A stretch of 64,000 nt of DNA from NCBI GenBank assembly GCA_049512075.1, contig JBEKXL010000001.1, positions 32,001 to 96,000 of the forward strand. The letters are read 5' to 3'. The stretch comes from Candidatus Bathyarchaeia archaeon. GTDB taxonomy: Archaea > Thermoproteota > Bathyarchaeia > Bathyarchaeales > Bathycorpusculaceae. The position numbers and the translations under genes are program-made. The notes beneath the pieces were generated by a model. That model searched no databases and was not told the DNA's origin. It worked only from the letters and a program-made list of their open reading frames with translations. Within the stretch, counting starts at the first letter, position 1; every line of letters starts with the position of its first letter. This document shows, piece after piece, positions 41,781-51,212 of this stretch.

Positions 41781-42827
41781 CTAGGATTTGCCGAGTTTCT
41801 TTGCTAGCTTAGCAAGCTCAGGGACTGTCTGCTCACCTTTGTCCCATACCTGTTTTCCGTCGAGCCACACAGACGTGTTCATGCAGATTCCGTCGGTGTG
41901 TGAAGGTGCCGAGATTGGTTTTCCGCCCGTCAGTATCTGGCCTACATAGCCGATTCCCCATTCGCTGACTCCCCAGACTCTCTCGTCCTCTAAGACGTTT
42001 CCCGTGAGTTTAGCGCCTGGATTGCAGCCGTAGCAAACGTGAGCCATGCTGCGCATCAGTGGATGGTTGAAACTCTTGAGCCAAGCATCGAAAACCATGG
42101 CATCTTGGCCACCGTCGATTTTATGTATCTTTCCTTCTTTGACGTGCAGCTTCACTGGTGACTTGCACAAGCCTAGCGGCGGGTTTATTGAACCATCGAA
42201 AACAATCGTGCCGTTTATCGACTCGAAAACGGGCGACCAGCCTATCTGACCTCCAAGCATGTGGGAACCAGGAGTATCAGCGTACCCTGTCTCAAGTGTT
42301 ATCGGTCTCCTGCGGTCGTTGTCGAATTCAACATCGGTTCCTGATGGCGTCGTCATTTTGACGTGTTTAGCAGCTTTAGTCATTTCCACCAGTTTTTCTT
42401 CATAGGCGGCTAGGGTTTTTACATCGACTCTGGCGATTGTTCTAACCATCATGTCCACGTTCATTCCGACGTAGCATGCATGTCTGAGCTTCTTGTTTGC
42501 TTCCATGGCGTTTGCGTATGGCGTTGAGTAGAAAATCCACTCATTGTTGAATTCGCACCAAGCGTCAGCGCACTTCAGAACTGCTTCAATCGCTTCTGCG
42601 GGCAAATCGGCGTCTGCGGCTTTGCCAACTCCTCGGGGTGAGGCGTTCCAAATTACTAGAGGCTTCGCTCCGATGGTAAAGGCAGCTGCAGCTGTGGCGT
42701 CGACGACGCGAGGATCGGATTCTGTGTCTGCAGAAACGACGAAAGTCTCTCCTGGTTTCAGTTTGAACCATTCTGAAACGAGCCTGTGTGCGGCTTTAGC
42801 TAACTCGTATTCGTAGTATTGAGGCAT
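41781..42827 (-). CDS. M29/AmpS-fold metalloenzyme, NicX-like His variant
   Basis: TPSGTD, NGTIVFDG, MAHVCYGCNPGA, EDERVWG and SHTDG motifs. Confidence 0.82.
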   Translation of the reverse strand: MPQYYEYELAKAAHRLVSEWFKLKPGETFVVSADTESDPRVVDATAAAAFTIGAKPLVIWNASPRGVGKAADADLPAEAIEAVLKCADAWCEFNNEWIFYSTPYANAMEANKKLRHACYVGMNVDMMVRTIARVDVKTLAAYEEKLVEMTKAAKHVKMTTPSGTDVEFDNDRRRPITLETGYADTPGSHMLGGQIGWSPVFESINGTIVFDGSINPPLGLCKSPVKLHVKEGKIHKIDGGQDAMVFDAWLKSFNHPLMRSMAHVCYGCNPGAKLTGNVLEDERVWGVSEWGIGYVGQILTGGKPISAPSHTDGICMNTSVWLDGKQVWDKGEQTVPELAKLAKKLGKS

Positions 42828-42942
42828 TCTTGTCACTTCCAGAAAAAAGCTATCTTTGTCGTTCAGCTTATAAAACTTCTCAAAAACCTTTTAGGCGCGC
42901 AAGCGACTCATCCTATCGCTATCTCTGAAAAAGAGGAATAAT

Positions 42943-43485
42943 ATGGATGTCTTTGAGACTATAAAGGGACGCAGAAGCGTCAGGAAATTCAAGTCGAAGG
43001 CAGTTGAGAGAGAGTTGACTGAGAAATTGCTGACCGCAGCTTGTTGGGCACCTTCAGGCGGGAATATTCAACCGTGGAAATTCATAGTGGTGGAAGATCG
43101 TACGACTCTTGAGATGGTTCGCAAGATCTCTCCGGGATATTTCGGCGAGACTCCTCTAGCGATACTTGTTTGCGCTGACAAGATGAGGGCATACAAAGTT
43201 GGCGGCGCGATGGGACGGGATTACCTTTCAATCGCGGATTGCGCAATGGCTACTGAAAACATTGTCCTGGCAGCGTACGCGCTGGGATTAGGAACATGCA
43301 TTGTCAAATCTTTCTCGCATGCGGCAATGAAGGAAATTCTTGAAATTCCGGAAGGCATCGAACCGGAGCTTCTGGTTGTGGTCGGATACCCTGACGCGCC
43401 TCCAGCTCCTCCACGTCGAATTCCTCTGAAAGAGAATACGTATCTCAACAAGTTCGGTCAGAGTTTTCAGCCTGCGGGGGCATAG
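42943..43485 (+). CDS. Nitroreductase family protein
   Basis: RRSVRKF, APSGGNIQPW, GLGTC and VGYP motifs. Confidence 0.93.
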   Translation: MDVFETIKGRRSVRKFKSKAVERELTEKLLTAACWAPSGGNIQPWKFIVVEDRTTLEMVRKISPGYFGETPLAILVCADKMRAYKVGGAMGRDYLSIADCAMATENIVLAAYALGLGTCIVKSFSHAAMKEILEIPEGIEPELLVVVGYPDAPPAPPRRIPLKENTYLNKFGQSFQPAGA

Positions 43486-43487
43486 AT

Positions 43488-43814
43488 GTGACTAAGGCTA
43501 GAAACACGGGTAACGAATATCTTTTTGAACTCGCACTCTTTCTGGCTACGAGTGCACGGAACTGTATTGACGAACCGCCGCTTTATGGGCCTTTCCGGCT
43601 GCTGGACGCAATTAGCAGACTCGCAGACCTTCCAGAGCATGCCGAGGGTTTGGATGAGGATCCATTTCTCAAAGAGGCCAAGGCCTTCGTGGATGAGAAG
43701 AAGTTTCTTGTAACGACCGACGTGGGAGGGTTTACACGGGCTGCCGACGAACTGGTGGAGAGGTTTGCAAAAGAGCTCAAAAGAAGATCCGCAGAGAACA
43801 GAAGCAAGGAATAG
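43488..43814 (+). CDS. DUF6092 family protein
   Basis: ELALFLATSAR...EP.LYGPFRLLDA.SRL pattern. Confidence 0.78.
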   Translation: MTKARNTGNEYLFELALFLATSARNCIDEPPLYGPFRLLDAISRLADLPEHAEGLDEDPFLKEAKAFVDEKKFLVTTDVGGFTRAADELVERFAKELKRRSAENRSKE

Positions 43815-43903
43815 ACAGGCTCTACGCACACGGAATTGTTCAGCGTGGCATTTGGCCCGATTTGTGCTTGGCGCACGCACGTTGATTCTCGAGGTTGGTT
43901 CCG

Positions 43904-44920
43904 ATGAAGCTTTCTAACCTCCTTACAATCGTTGACCTCCACACAGCAGGTGAGCCGTTCAGAATAGTGACAAGCGGATTTCCTACAATTCGTGGCAAAA
44001 CAATGAAGGAAAAAAACGCCTATGCAGAAAAGAACCTTGAAGATATGCGAAGAATGGTTCTCTATGAACCCCGAGGACGCAGTACAATGTGCGGAGCGTT
44101 CCTCTTGGAGCCTACAGTTGCAGAGGCGGATGCGGGGGTCATATTCATGGAACCAATAGGCCTCGTCCCGATGTGCGGACACGGATCGATTGCGATAGCC
44201 AAATACTTGGTTGAAACTGGACGAGTGAAAGTAACGGAACCCGTAACCAAAATCAAACTAGACACTCATGCAGGACTGGTCAGCCTATCAGTGAGCGTCA
44301 AAGATGGAAAGGTCGGAGAGATAACACTGAGAAATGTCGAATCTTTCTCCTACCTTCGCGACGCCATGGTCCGCACTGAAAGATTCGGAAAAGTCAAGGT
44401 TGACATTGCCTACGGTGGCAGCTTATACGCGATAGTTTCAGCCAAAGATGTCGGACTTGAGATTGTTCCTGATGAAGCTGGAAAACTGCTTGAATACGGT
44501 GAAATCCTCAGGAAATCGATACAAGAACAGATAGAGATGAAGCATCCCAAGGACGCCAGTCTAGTGAAGGTTCTGTACGTTCAGTTCACTGGGCCTCCGA
44601 CGCATCCGAAAGCGGACATGAAGAATGTCGTTGTCGTGGCACCTACAGGCCTAGATCGTTCGCCATGCGGCACCGGAACGTCTGCAAGAATGGCAGACCT
44701 CTTCGCCAAGGGAAAGATGAAAGTTGGAGATGAGCTCGTGCATGAAAGCCTCATCGGCACGTTGTTTCGAGGCAGAATAGTCGGCGAAACCAGCGTGGGG
44801 GAATACCCCGCGATAATTCCAGAAGTCGCGGGCAACGCATACATAACAGGTTTTCAACAACTCGTGGCCGAGCCGGACGATCCTTTGAAAAAAGGCTTCT
44901 TACTATCGGAAACTTCGTAG
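43904..44920 (+). CDS. Proline racemase / hydroxyproline 2-epimerase (two-Cys type)
   Basis: DLHTAGEP.R, EPRG, MCGH and DRSPCGTGTSA motifs. Confidence 0.92.
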   Translation: MKLSNLLTIVDLHTAGEPFRIVTSGFPTIRGKTMKEKNAYAEKNLEDMRRMVLYEPRGRSTMCGAFLLEPTVAEADAGVIFMEPIGLVPMCGHGSIAIAKYLVETGRVKVTEPVTKIKLDTHAGLVSLSVSVKDGKVGEITLRNVESFSYLRDAMVRTERFGKVKVDIAYGGSLYAIVSAKDVGLEIVPDEAGKLLEYGEILRKSIQEQIEMKHPKDASLVKVLYVQFTGPPTHPKADMKNVVVVAPTGLDRSPCGTGTSARMADLFAKGKMKVGDELVHESLIGTLFRGRIVGETSVGEYPAIIPEVAGNAYITGFQQLVAEPDDPLKKGFLLSETS

Positions 44921-45011
44921 CCTTGAACATTCTGATTCCCAGGATCGACACCGACCAAGGTTAAGTAGTGCCGATGGCTAGATTAATGTGAGTCTACGAG
45001 GTTGAGGGAAC

Positions 45012-46241
45012 ACGTTTCTTACGCGTGAGGAAGAGGCGATGCTTGATGGCGAGTATGGAGAAGGGTACGAAATCGCCATGTCCGTTCTGGTCAAACTTGG
45101 AGACATCTATGGCGCTGACAGGATGCTGAAGGTCGAAAACGTCCATATTGACGGTGCCGCCTACGGCTGGATCAATGATTCTGGCTTGGAGCTGATTGGG
45201 AAATTGGCCAGCTCAGGAGCGCGTTTTCGGGTTCCAGCGACGCTGAACCCTTCTTCAATCGACTTTGACATGTGGCAAGAGCTAAAGATACCTTCTCACG
45301 TTGCAAGGAAACAGTTGAGGCTGGCCAAGGCCCTGAAGAGAATGGGCGGAACACCAACATGGACTTGTGCTCCGTATCAATACGGTGCAGATCTCAGGTT
45401 TGGCCAGAAGGTGGCTTGGGGAGAATCCAACGCCGTCGGTTTTGCAAACACTGTCGTCGGCGCAAGAACTGAGAGATTGGGAGATCTTGCTGACGTCTGT
45501 GCTGCGGTTGCCGGAGAGTACCCAAATTTTGGGCTGTACCTGGACGAGAACAGGCGAGGACAGGTACTCTTCGAGCCTGACAGACTTGACGTGGATGCCT
45601 TCGATTCTACAGACTATGGCGTCCTAGGTTTCTTCGTTGGATCCATCGCTAAAGCAAGGGTTCCAGTGGTTTCAGGAATGCCAGAAAAAGCGACAACCGA
45701 CCAGTTGAAGTCGTTTTGTGCAGCTGCCGCAGTTGGCGGTTCAGTGGCTCTGTGTCACCTGTGCGGGATCACGCCTTGGGCAAAGACAGTGGCAGAGGCG
45801 TTTCGCGGTTCGAAACCTGAAGAAAAAATAATCATCGAGGCTGGCGAGCTTGATCAAGCAAGACAGAAGCTAAGCACTGCCAATGAGGAGCCGCCTGAAG
45901 TTATCTGCATCGGATGTCCGCACTGCTCAGTTCAGGAACTCGTGAAGGTCGCGCGCCTTATTAAGGGCAGGAGAGTGGAAGACAGCGTGAGGTTCCTGGT
46001 TTTCACGAGCAGAGCGGCAAAGACGTTAGCAAGTGAAATGGGGGCGGTTGAGACAATCGAGTCGTCTGGGGGTAGAGTGATTGCTGACACATGCTGGAAC
46101 TTCATTCCCTCTAAAGCTGAGACCTTGATGACTGACTCTGTGAAAATGGCCTGGACGTCGCTGGGCAAATTCACAAACGTTGCACTTGGCAGTATAGAAA
46201 AGTGCGTCGATGTTGCGGCCGGAACAATGCCTAGAGGATGA
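45012..46241 (+). CDS. Aconitase X large subunit (DUF521), probable cis-3-hydroxy-L-proline dehydratase; probable ACG start
   Basis: (M)FLTREEEAMLDG, HIDG, TLNP, TCAPY, WGESNAV.FAN, GCPH and DTC motifs. Confidence 0.88.
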   Translation, partial: TFLTREEEAMLDGEYGEGYEIAMSVLVKLGDIYGADRMLKVENVHIDGAAYGWINDSGLELIGKLASSGARFRVPATLNPSSIDFDMWQELKIPSHVARKQLRLAKALKRMGGTPTWTCAPYQYGADLRFGQKVAWGESNAVGFANTVVGARTERLGDLADVCAAVAGEYPNFGLYLDENRRGQVLFEPDRLDVDAFDSTDYGVLGFFVGSIAKARVPVVSGMPEKATTDQLKSFCAAAAVGGSVALCHLCGITPWAKTVAEAFRGSKPEEKIIIEAGELDQARQKLSTANEEPPEVICIGCPHCSVQELVKVARLIKGRRVEDSVRFLVFTSRAAKTLASEMGAVETIESSGGRVIADTCWNFIPSKAETLMTDSVKMAWTSLGKFTNVALGSIEKCVDVAAGTMPRG

Positions 46242-46711
46242 TCCGCGTGGGAAAAATCGTGATAAGATGCGTCCCGGTGTCGAAAGGCGTTTCAGAAGGA
46301 GAAGCTCTGGTAACGAGCCAGCCGATGTGTTTGTACGACTCGTTGGATCCTAAGTCTGGCCGCATCGTGAACAAGAGACATGAGCTGTATGGAGAATGTG
46401 TTTCTGGGAGAATTCTCTTCTTTCCCTACGGAATCGGCTCAAGCACGAGCGCCGCCACGATTCTTGAGGCCTCAAGATGTAAAAAAGCTCCAAACGCTAT
46501 AGTTAACCTAGAAACCGAGCCGATAATAGCTGTTGGCGCATTGTTGGCCGAGAGGCTTTATGGAAGGATAATTCCGATTGTTCACAGGCCAGAAATAGAC
46601 CCGGCAGAAGTGATTAAGCATCATTCTGTGAGAGTTAACGCCGACGTGGGCCTGATTGAAGTATTAGGACATGGTCGAGATGCAGCGCACGTTAAAGCGA
46701 ATAATGCATGA
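46238..46711 (+). CDS. Aconitase X swivel small subunit (DUF126)
   Basis: GEALV, DP.SG.I...HEL.G, G.GSS, AP.AI and E.IIAVGA motifs. Confidence 0.88.
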   Translation: MIRVGKIVIRCVPVSKGVSEGEALVTSQPMCLYDSLDPKSGRIVNKRHELYGECVSGRILFFPYGIGSSTSAATILEASRCKKAPNAIVNLETEPIIAVGALLAERLYGRIIPIVHRPEIDPAEVIKHHSVRVNADVGLIEVLGHGRDAAHVKANNA

Positions 46712-46783
46712 AATTGCAAAATCGGCGCACAACGTTTTTAAGAACTCTCGAGCTAGGTTTAATTAACAGGCGTTCTGGAAAAG

Positions 46784-47701
46784 GTGGAAAAGACCATCCA
46801 AAAAGGCATTGTTTTTGAAGTAAAAAGGTATGCCACGGACGATGGACCAGGCATACGTACGACCGTATTCTTCAAGGGATGCCCTCTGCGTTGCTGGTGG
46901 TGCCACAACCCCGAGGGCAAAAATTCGAAACCCGAGTTGATGTACAAACGGAACAGATGCAAAGGCTCGGGCGAATGTGTAAAAAACTGTCCAAAGAATG
47001 CAATCTCGAAAGGCGCTCAGTACGTGTCCATCAACAGAAAACTCTGCAACTTATGTGGAAAGTGTGCCCTAGCCTGTCCAAGCGATGCTCTAGTGCTAGT
47101 CGGCAGAGCAGCAAGAGCGGATGAGATGCTGAAGGAGATAGAAAAGGACGTGACCTTTTATGATGAGTCCGGCGGAGGCGTCACGTTCTCTGGTGGGGAA
47201 CCCCTCATGCAACCCGATTTCTTGGAAGCTCTACTTGAAGGTTGTAAGGAGAGAAACATTCGCACAGCCTTGGACACGTGTGGATATGCACCATGCGAAA
47301 CGGTGGATAGAATAAAGGACAAAGTTGATCTCTTTTTGTATGACATCAAGAGCATGGACGACCGGACGCATAGAAAGTACACGGGAGTGTCAAACAAACT
47401 CATCATTCAGAATTTCAAGAGATTAGCAGAGAATGGAAGCAGCATTTCGGTTCGCTTCCCCGTCATTCCGGGCGTCAACGACAACGCGGAAAACGTCACC
47501 AGGACAGGCGAGTTTGCACTTTCACTTGGCGTGAAGCAGGTGTGTCTTCTTCCTTATCACAGAGCAGGGATTGAAAAGTACAGAAGCCTGGACAAGACTT
47601 ACAGACTCGAGCATCTTCAATCTCCCTCAGACGAAAAAATGCAAATGATCAAGGAAAAACTTATCACACTCGGGTTAGACGTGAGAATAGGAGGAGGGTA
47701 A
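46784..47701 (+). CDS. Glycyl-radical enzyme activating enzyme (radical SAM with ferredoxin insert)
   Basis: DGPGIRT.VFFKGCPLRCWWCHNPEG, GGVTFSGGEP and LPYH motifs. Confidence 0.95.
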   Translation: MEKTIQKGIVFEVKRYATDDGPGIRTTVFFKGCPLRCWWCHNPEGKNSKPELMYKRNRCKGSGECVKNCPKNAISKGAQYVSINRKLCNLCGKCALACPSDALVLVGRAARADEMLKEIEKDVTFYDESGGGVTFSGGEPLMQPDFLEALLEGCKERNIRTALDTCGYAPCETVDRIKDKVDLFLYDIKSMDDRTHRKYTGVSNKLIIQNFKRLAENGSSISVRFPVIPGVNDNAENVTRTGEFALSLGVKQVCLLPYHRAGIEKYRSLDKTYRLEHLQSPSDEKMQMIKEKLITLGLDVRIGGG

Positions 47702-47702
47702 G

Positions 47703-50069
47703 ATGAAAGACAGGATTAGAAAGCTGAGAGAACGCAGCGTCAGCACTAAACCGTACATCACGCCGGAAAGGGCCGTTCTAATAACGGAGTTTTGCGCTGG
47801 CGAAGGGGCTAGTCAGTCAGCATCTACACCCGTGAAAAGAGCCCTTGCCCTGAAGTACTTGCTTGAACACAAGCAGATATTCATCGATGACGGTGAGCTC
47901 ATCGTTGGCGAGAGAGGACCTGCTCCGAAGGCCGTTCCCACTTACCCGGAGATATGTTGCCACAGCCTTCAAGATCTTGAAATTCTTAATTCGAGGAAGA
48001 AAACACCCTTTGCGGTGGATAAAGAAACGAGGAAAATATACGAAGACAATATCATACCTTTCTGGAAGGGTAAATCAATAAGGGAAATGATTTTTGGTCA
48101 AATGTCCAAAGAGTGGAAGCTCGCCTACGAAGCAGGAGTGTTCACAGAGTTTCTGGAGCAGAGAGCCCCAGGTCACACGGTTCTCGACGACAAAATCTAC
48201 CGGAAAGGCATGCTTGACTTCAAAAAGGACATTAAGAAGAGCATGCGAAGCCTCGATTTTCTGAATGATCCTGAAGCACTCAAGAAGATGGAAGAACTCA
48301 AGGCCATGGAAATCGCTGCAGACGCCTTGATCCGCTACGCCGAGCGACACGCCGGGAAGGCCAGAGAGATGGCAAAGAAGGAGAAAGACCCGACGAGAAG
48401 AAAAGAGCTTGAAAAGATAGCGGATGTCTGCTCTCACGTTCCGGCTAACGCGCCTCGCGACTTCTGGGAGGCTCTGCAGTACTATTGGTTTGTTCATCTA
48501 GGAGTCATATCGGAACTCAACCCGTGGGATTCATTCAACCCTGGCAGGCTTGATCAGCACCTGTATCCGTTCTACAAACGGGGCTTGGAGCAAGGCACGT
48601 TAACGAAAGAAGAAGCCAAAGAGCTTCTGGAATTGTTCTGGATAAAATTCAACAATCAACCGGCGCCGCCCAAGGTCGGCGTTACAGCGGAGGAGAGCAG
48701 CACCTACAATGATTTTGCTCTGATAAACGCGGGCGGCGTGAAAGCCGACGGCTCGGACGGCGTGAACGAGCTCTCGTACCTGATACTGGACGTTGTGGAG
48801 GAAATGAGGCTGATCCAGCCTGGCTCCATGGTTCAGATCAGCAAGAAAACTCCTGACAGTTTTGTGAAGAAGGCCGTGGAGGTCATAAGAGAAGGCTTCG
48901 GACAGCCCTCAGTCTTCAACACGGACGCAATAATTCAAGAACTCCTGCGGCAGGGAAAATCGATAGAGGACGCGAGAAACGGAGGAGCGAGCGGATGTGT
49001 GGAGGCGGGGGCTTTTGGAAAAGAAAGCTACATCCTCACTGGATACTTCAACCTCACTAAAATCTTAGAGATCGTCTTGAACAACGGTGTAGACCCAAGG
49101 ACGAAAAGAAAGATTGGCCTTGAAACCGGGGACCCTTCAGACTTCAGTTCTTTCGATGAACTCATCAACGCGTATGAGAAGCAACTAAACTACTTTGTCG
49201 ACGTCAAAATCAAGGGTAACAACATAATTGAGAGGCTGTACGCCGAGCATCTTCCAACGCCCTTCCTGTCACTCCTAATAAGCGATTGCGTGCAGAAAGG
49301 AAAAGACTACAGCGATGGCGGCGCCAGGTATAACACCAACTACATCCAGGGCGTAGGACTCGGAACGATAACTGATTCTTTGACAGCGATTAAACACAAG
49401 GTCTTTGACGAGAAAAACGTTAGGATGAAAGAGCTAGTCAATGCATTGCATGCCAACTTTGATGCGAACGAGAACCTTCGCCAAGTGCTTTTGAATAAGA
49501 CGCCTAAGTACGGCAACGACGACGATTATGCGGATGACATCATGAGAACTGTCTTTGAGATTTACTATCGTGCAGTGGATGGGAGGCCGAACACCAAGGG
49601 AGGCTATCACAGGATAAATCTTCTGCCGACCACGGTTCACGTTTACTTCGGGAAAGTGTTAGGCGCAACACCTGATGGGAGAAAAGCAGGTGAACCCGTT
49701 TCTGAGGGTGTGTCACCCGTCCAAGGAGCAGACAGGAAAGGTCCCACGGCAGTGATAAAGTCGGTTTCTAAGATAGATCATGTCAGAACAGGCGGGACTC
49801 TTCTCAACCAGAAATTTGCGCCAGAGCTGTTGGAAGACGAGCAGGGTATGGACAAGCTGGGCCACCTTATACGCACGTACTTCAAGCTTGACGGTCACCA
49901 CATCCAGTTTAACGTCATAAACGCGGAGACCTTGCGAGACGCACAGAAACATCCCGAGAAATACACGGATCTCCTAGTGAGAGTTGCAGGGTACAGCGAC
50001 TACTTCGTTGATTTGAGCACTGAACTTCAGAATGAGATTATTAAGAGAACGGAGCACAAATCGTTCTGA
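47703..50069 (+). CDS. hypD: trans-4-hydroxy-L-proline dehydratase (glycyl radical enzyme)
   Basis: EQRAPGHT, NPWDSF, EESSTYNDF, SGCVE, GYFN, LPTTVH and RVAGYS match the HypD active-site set. Confidence 0.92.
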   Translation: MKDRIRKLRERSVSTKPYITPERAVLITEFCAGEGASQSASTPVKRALALKYLLEHKQIFIDDGELIVGERGPAPKAVPTYPEICCHSLQDLEILNSRKKTPFAVDKETRKIYEDNIIPFWKGKSIREMIFGQMSKEWKLAYEAGVFTEFLEQRAPGHTVLDDKIYRKGMLDFKKDIKKSMRSLDFLNDPEALKKMEELKAMEIAADALIRYAERHAGKAREMAKKEKDPTRRKELEKIADVCSHVPANAPRDFWEALQYYWFVHLGVISELNPWDSFNPGRLDQHLYPFYKRGLEQGTLTKEEAKELLELFWIKFNNQPAPPKVGVTAEESSTYNDFALINAGGVKADGSDGVNELSYLILDVVEEMRLIQPGSMVQISKKTPDSFVKKAVEVIREGFGQPSVFNTDAIIQELLRQGKSIEDARNGGASGCVEAGAFGKESYILTGYFNLTKILEIVLNNGVDPRTKRKIGLETGDPSDFSSFDELINAYEKQLNYFVDVKIKGNNIIERLYAEHLPTPFLSLLISDCVQKGKDYSDGGARYNTNYIQGVGLGTITDSLTAIKHKVFDEKNVRMKELVNALHANFDANENLRQVLLNKTPKYGNDDDYADDIMRTVFEIYYRAVDGRPNTKGGYHRINLLPTTVHVYFGKVLGATPDGRKAGEPVSEGVSPVQGADRKGPTAVIKSVSKIDHVRTGGTLLNQKFAPELLEDEQGMDKLGHLIRTYFKLDGHHIQFNVINAETLRDAQKHPEKYTDLLVRVAGYSDYFVDLSTELQNEIIKRTEHKSF

Positions 50070-50109
50070 ACGGCAAGCCCAGAACGGCGCTAGCTAGATT
50101 GACAAGCGG

Positions 50110-51093
50110 CTAAATCTCGATTTCTTTTCCGATTCCTTCTTTCTTTGCTTTATCATATGCCAGTTTTGCTACGGCGGCATCTTCGAGGGCTAAGCCCACG
50201 GCTTTCCAACACGTTATTTCGGAGTCAGACATTCTTCCAGGTTTTTCGCCGCCGACTATTTCTTGAAGTTCAGCGTAGATATCATCCTGTGAAATTATTC
50301 CCTTCTTTATTGGGACAATAAGGTCTCCAGTTTCAGCAAGTGCGCCCTCTTTGGTGTCGACGACGATTTTTGCTTTCTTGACGGTTTTATCGTCCAGTTC
50401 TCCTCCCTCAGGTCCGACTACTCCGATGGAGTTTATGTGCGCACCCATCTTTATCCAATCTCCGTCCAACACTGCAACCTTCGACGTTGTGGCTAAAACT
50501 ATTACATCGGAGTTTTCAACGCACTGTTTGCTGGTTTGCACAGGCTTAACTGTTAGGCTCAGTTCTCGTGAGACACTTTCGGCAAATTCCTCCGCCCTCT
50601 TAGGTAAAATGTCGTACACCTTTATTCTTTGAATGTTTTCAAGAACCTCGCACAGCCCCCGAACCTGAGCTCTTGCCTGACCGCCAGTACCTATGACACC
50701 GATTAAGCTGGAGTCTTTTCGTGCAAGGTACTTGGTGGCAACCGCGCTTGCGGCACCCGTCCTAGTGGCGGTAATATACGCTCCATCCATCAGAGAAAGC
50801 AGTTTGCCGTTTTCTGGATGGTTCAAGAGAATTGAGGCTAGTATCGTTGGTAAACCATGCTTCAGGTTCCCCTCGTACTGAGTGACTATCTTGATTGCTA
50901 AGGATCCCGTGCGACTGAGGTATGCGGGCATATAATAAACGAAGCCTTCATGTTTGTCGACGCTGATGATCACGCGCTTCGGAACTACCGCCTTTCCTTC
51001 GTACAACTCGAGGAAGGCTTTCTCTACCACTTGGATAGCTTCCCTCATGCTGACCAAGGATTCAACATCGCTTCTGCTAAGAAACAGGACCAT
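50110..51093 (-). CDS. Ornithine cyclodeaminase/mu-crystallin family (probable pyrroline-2-carboxylate reductase or archaeal AlaDH)
   Basis: MPAY, IT..RTGAASAVA..YLAR, GTGGQA, HINSIG and GLALEDAA motifs. Confidence 0.88.
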   Translation of the reverse strand: MVLFLSRSDVESLVSMREAIQVVEKAFLELYEGKAVVPKRVIISVDKHEGFVYYMPAYLSRTGSLAIKIVTQYEGNLKHGLPTILASILLNHPENGKLLSLMDGAYITATRTGAASAVATKYLARKDSSLIGVIGTGGQARAQVRGLCEVLENIQRIKVYDILPKRAEEFAESVSRELSLTVKPVQTSKQCVENSDVIVLATTSKVAVLDGDWIKMGAHINSIGVVGPEGGELDDKTVKKAKIVVDTKEGALAETGDLIVPIKKGIISQDDIYAELQEIVGGEKPGRMSDSEITCWKAVGLALEDAAVAKLAYDKAKKEGIGKEIEI

Positions 51094-51212
51094 TTTACTT
51101 GCCTCAAACCTAAGGCATAACCTCCTCACTTAACTTTTCTCTCTTCCTCAAAGCTAGAAAAACAAACGCATTGGCGTCTAGAGCTTAAATCGCGCCGTGG
51201 AAAACATGGGCA

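Noticed and set aside
45012-46711. AcnX as phosphomevalonate dehydratase of the archaeal mevalonate pathway
   Set aside because: It lies between proline racemase and hypD, has a HIDG motif like Hyp-type enzymes, and has no mevalonate genes nearby. This reading is disfavoured but not excluded without phylogeny.
47703-50069. Pyruvate formate-lyase or choline TMA-lyase
   Set aside because: Single-Cys SGCVE rather than the PFL CC pair, and HypD-specific residues are present.
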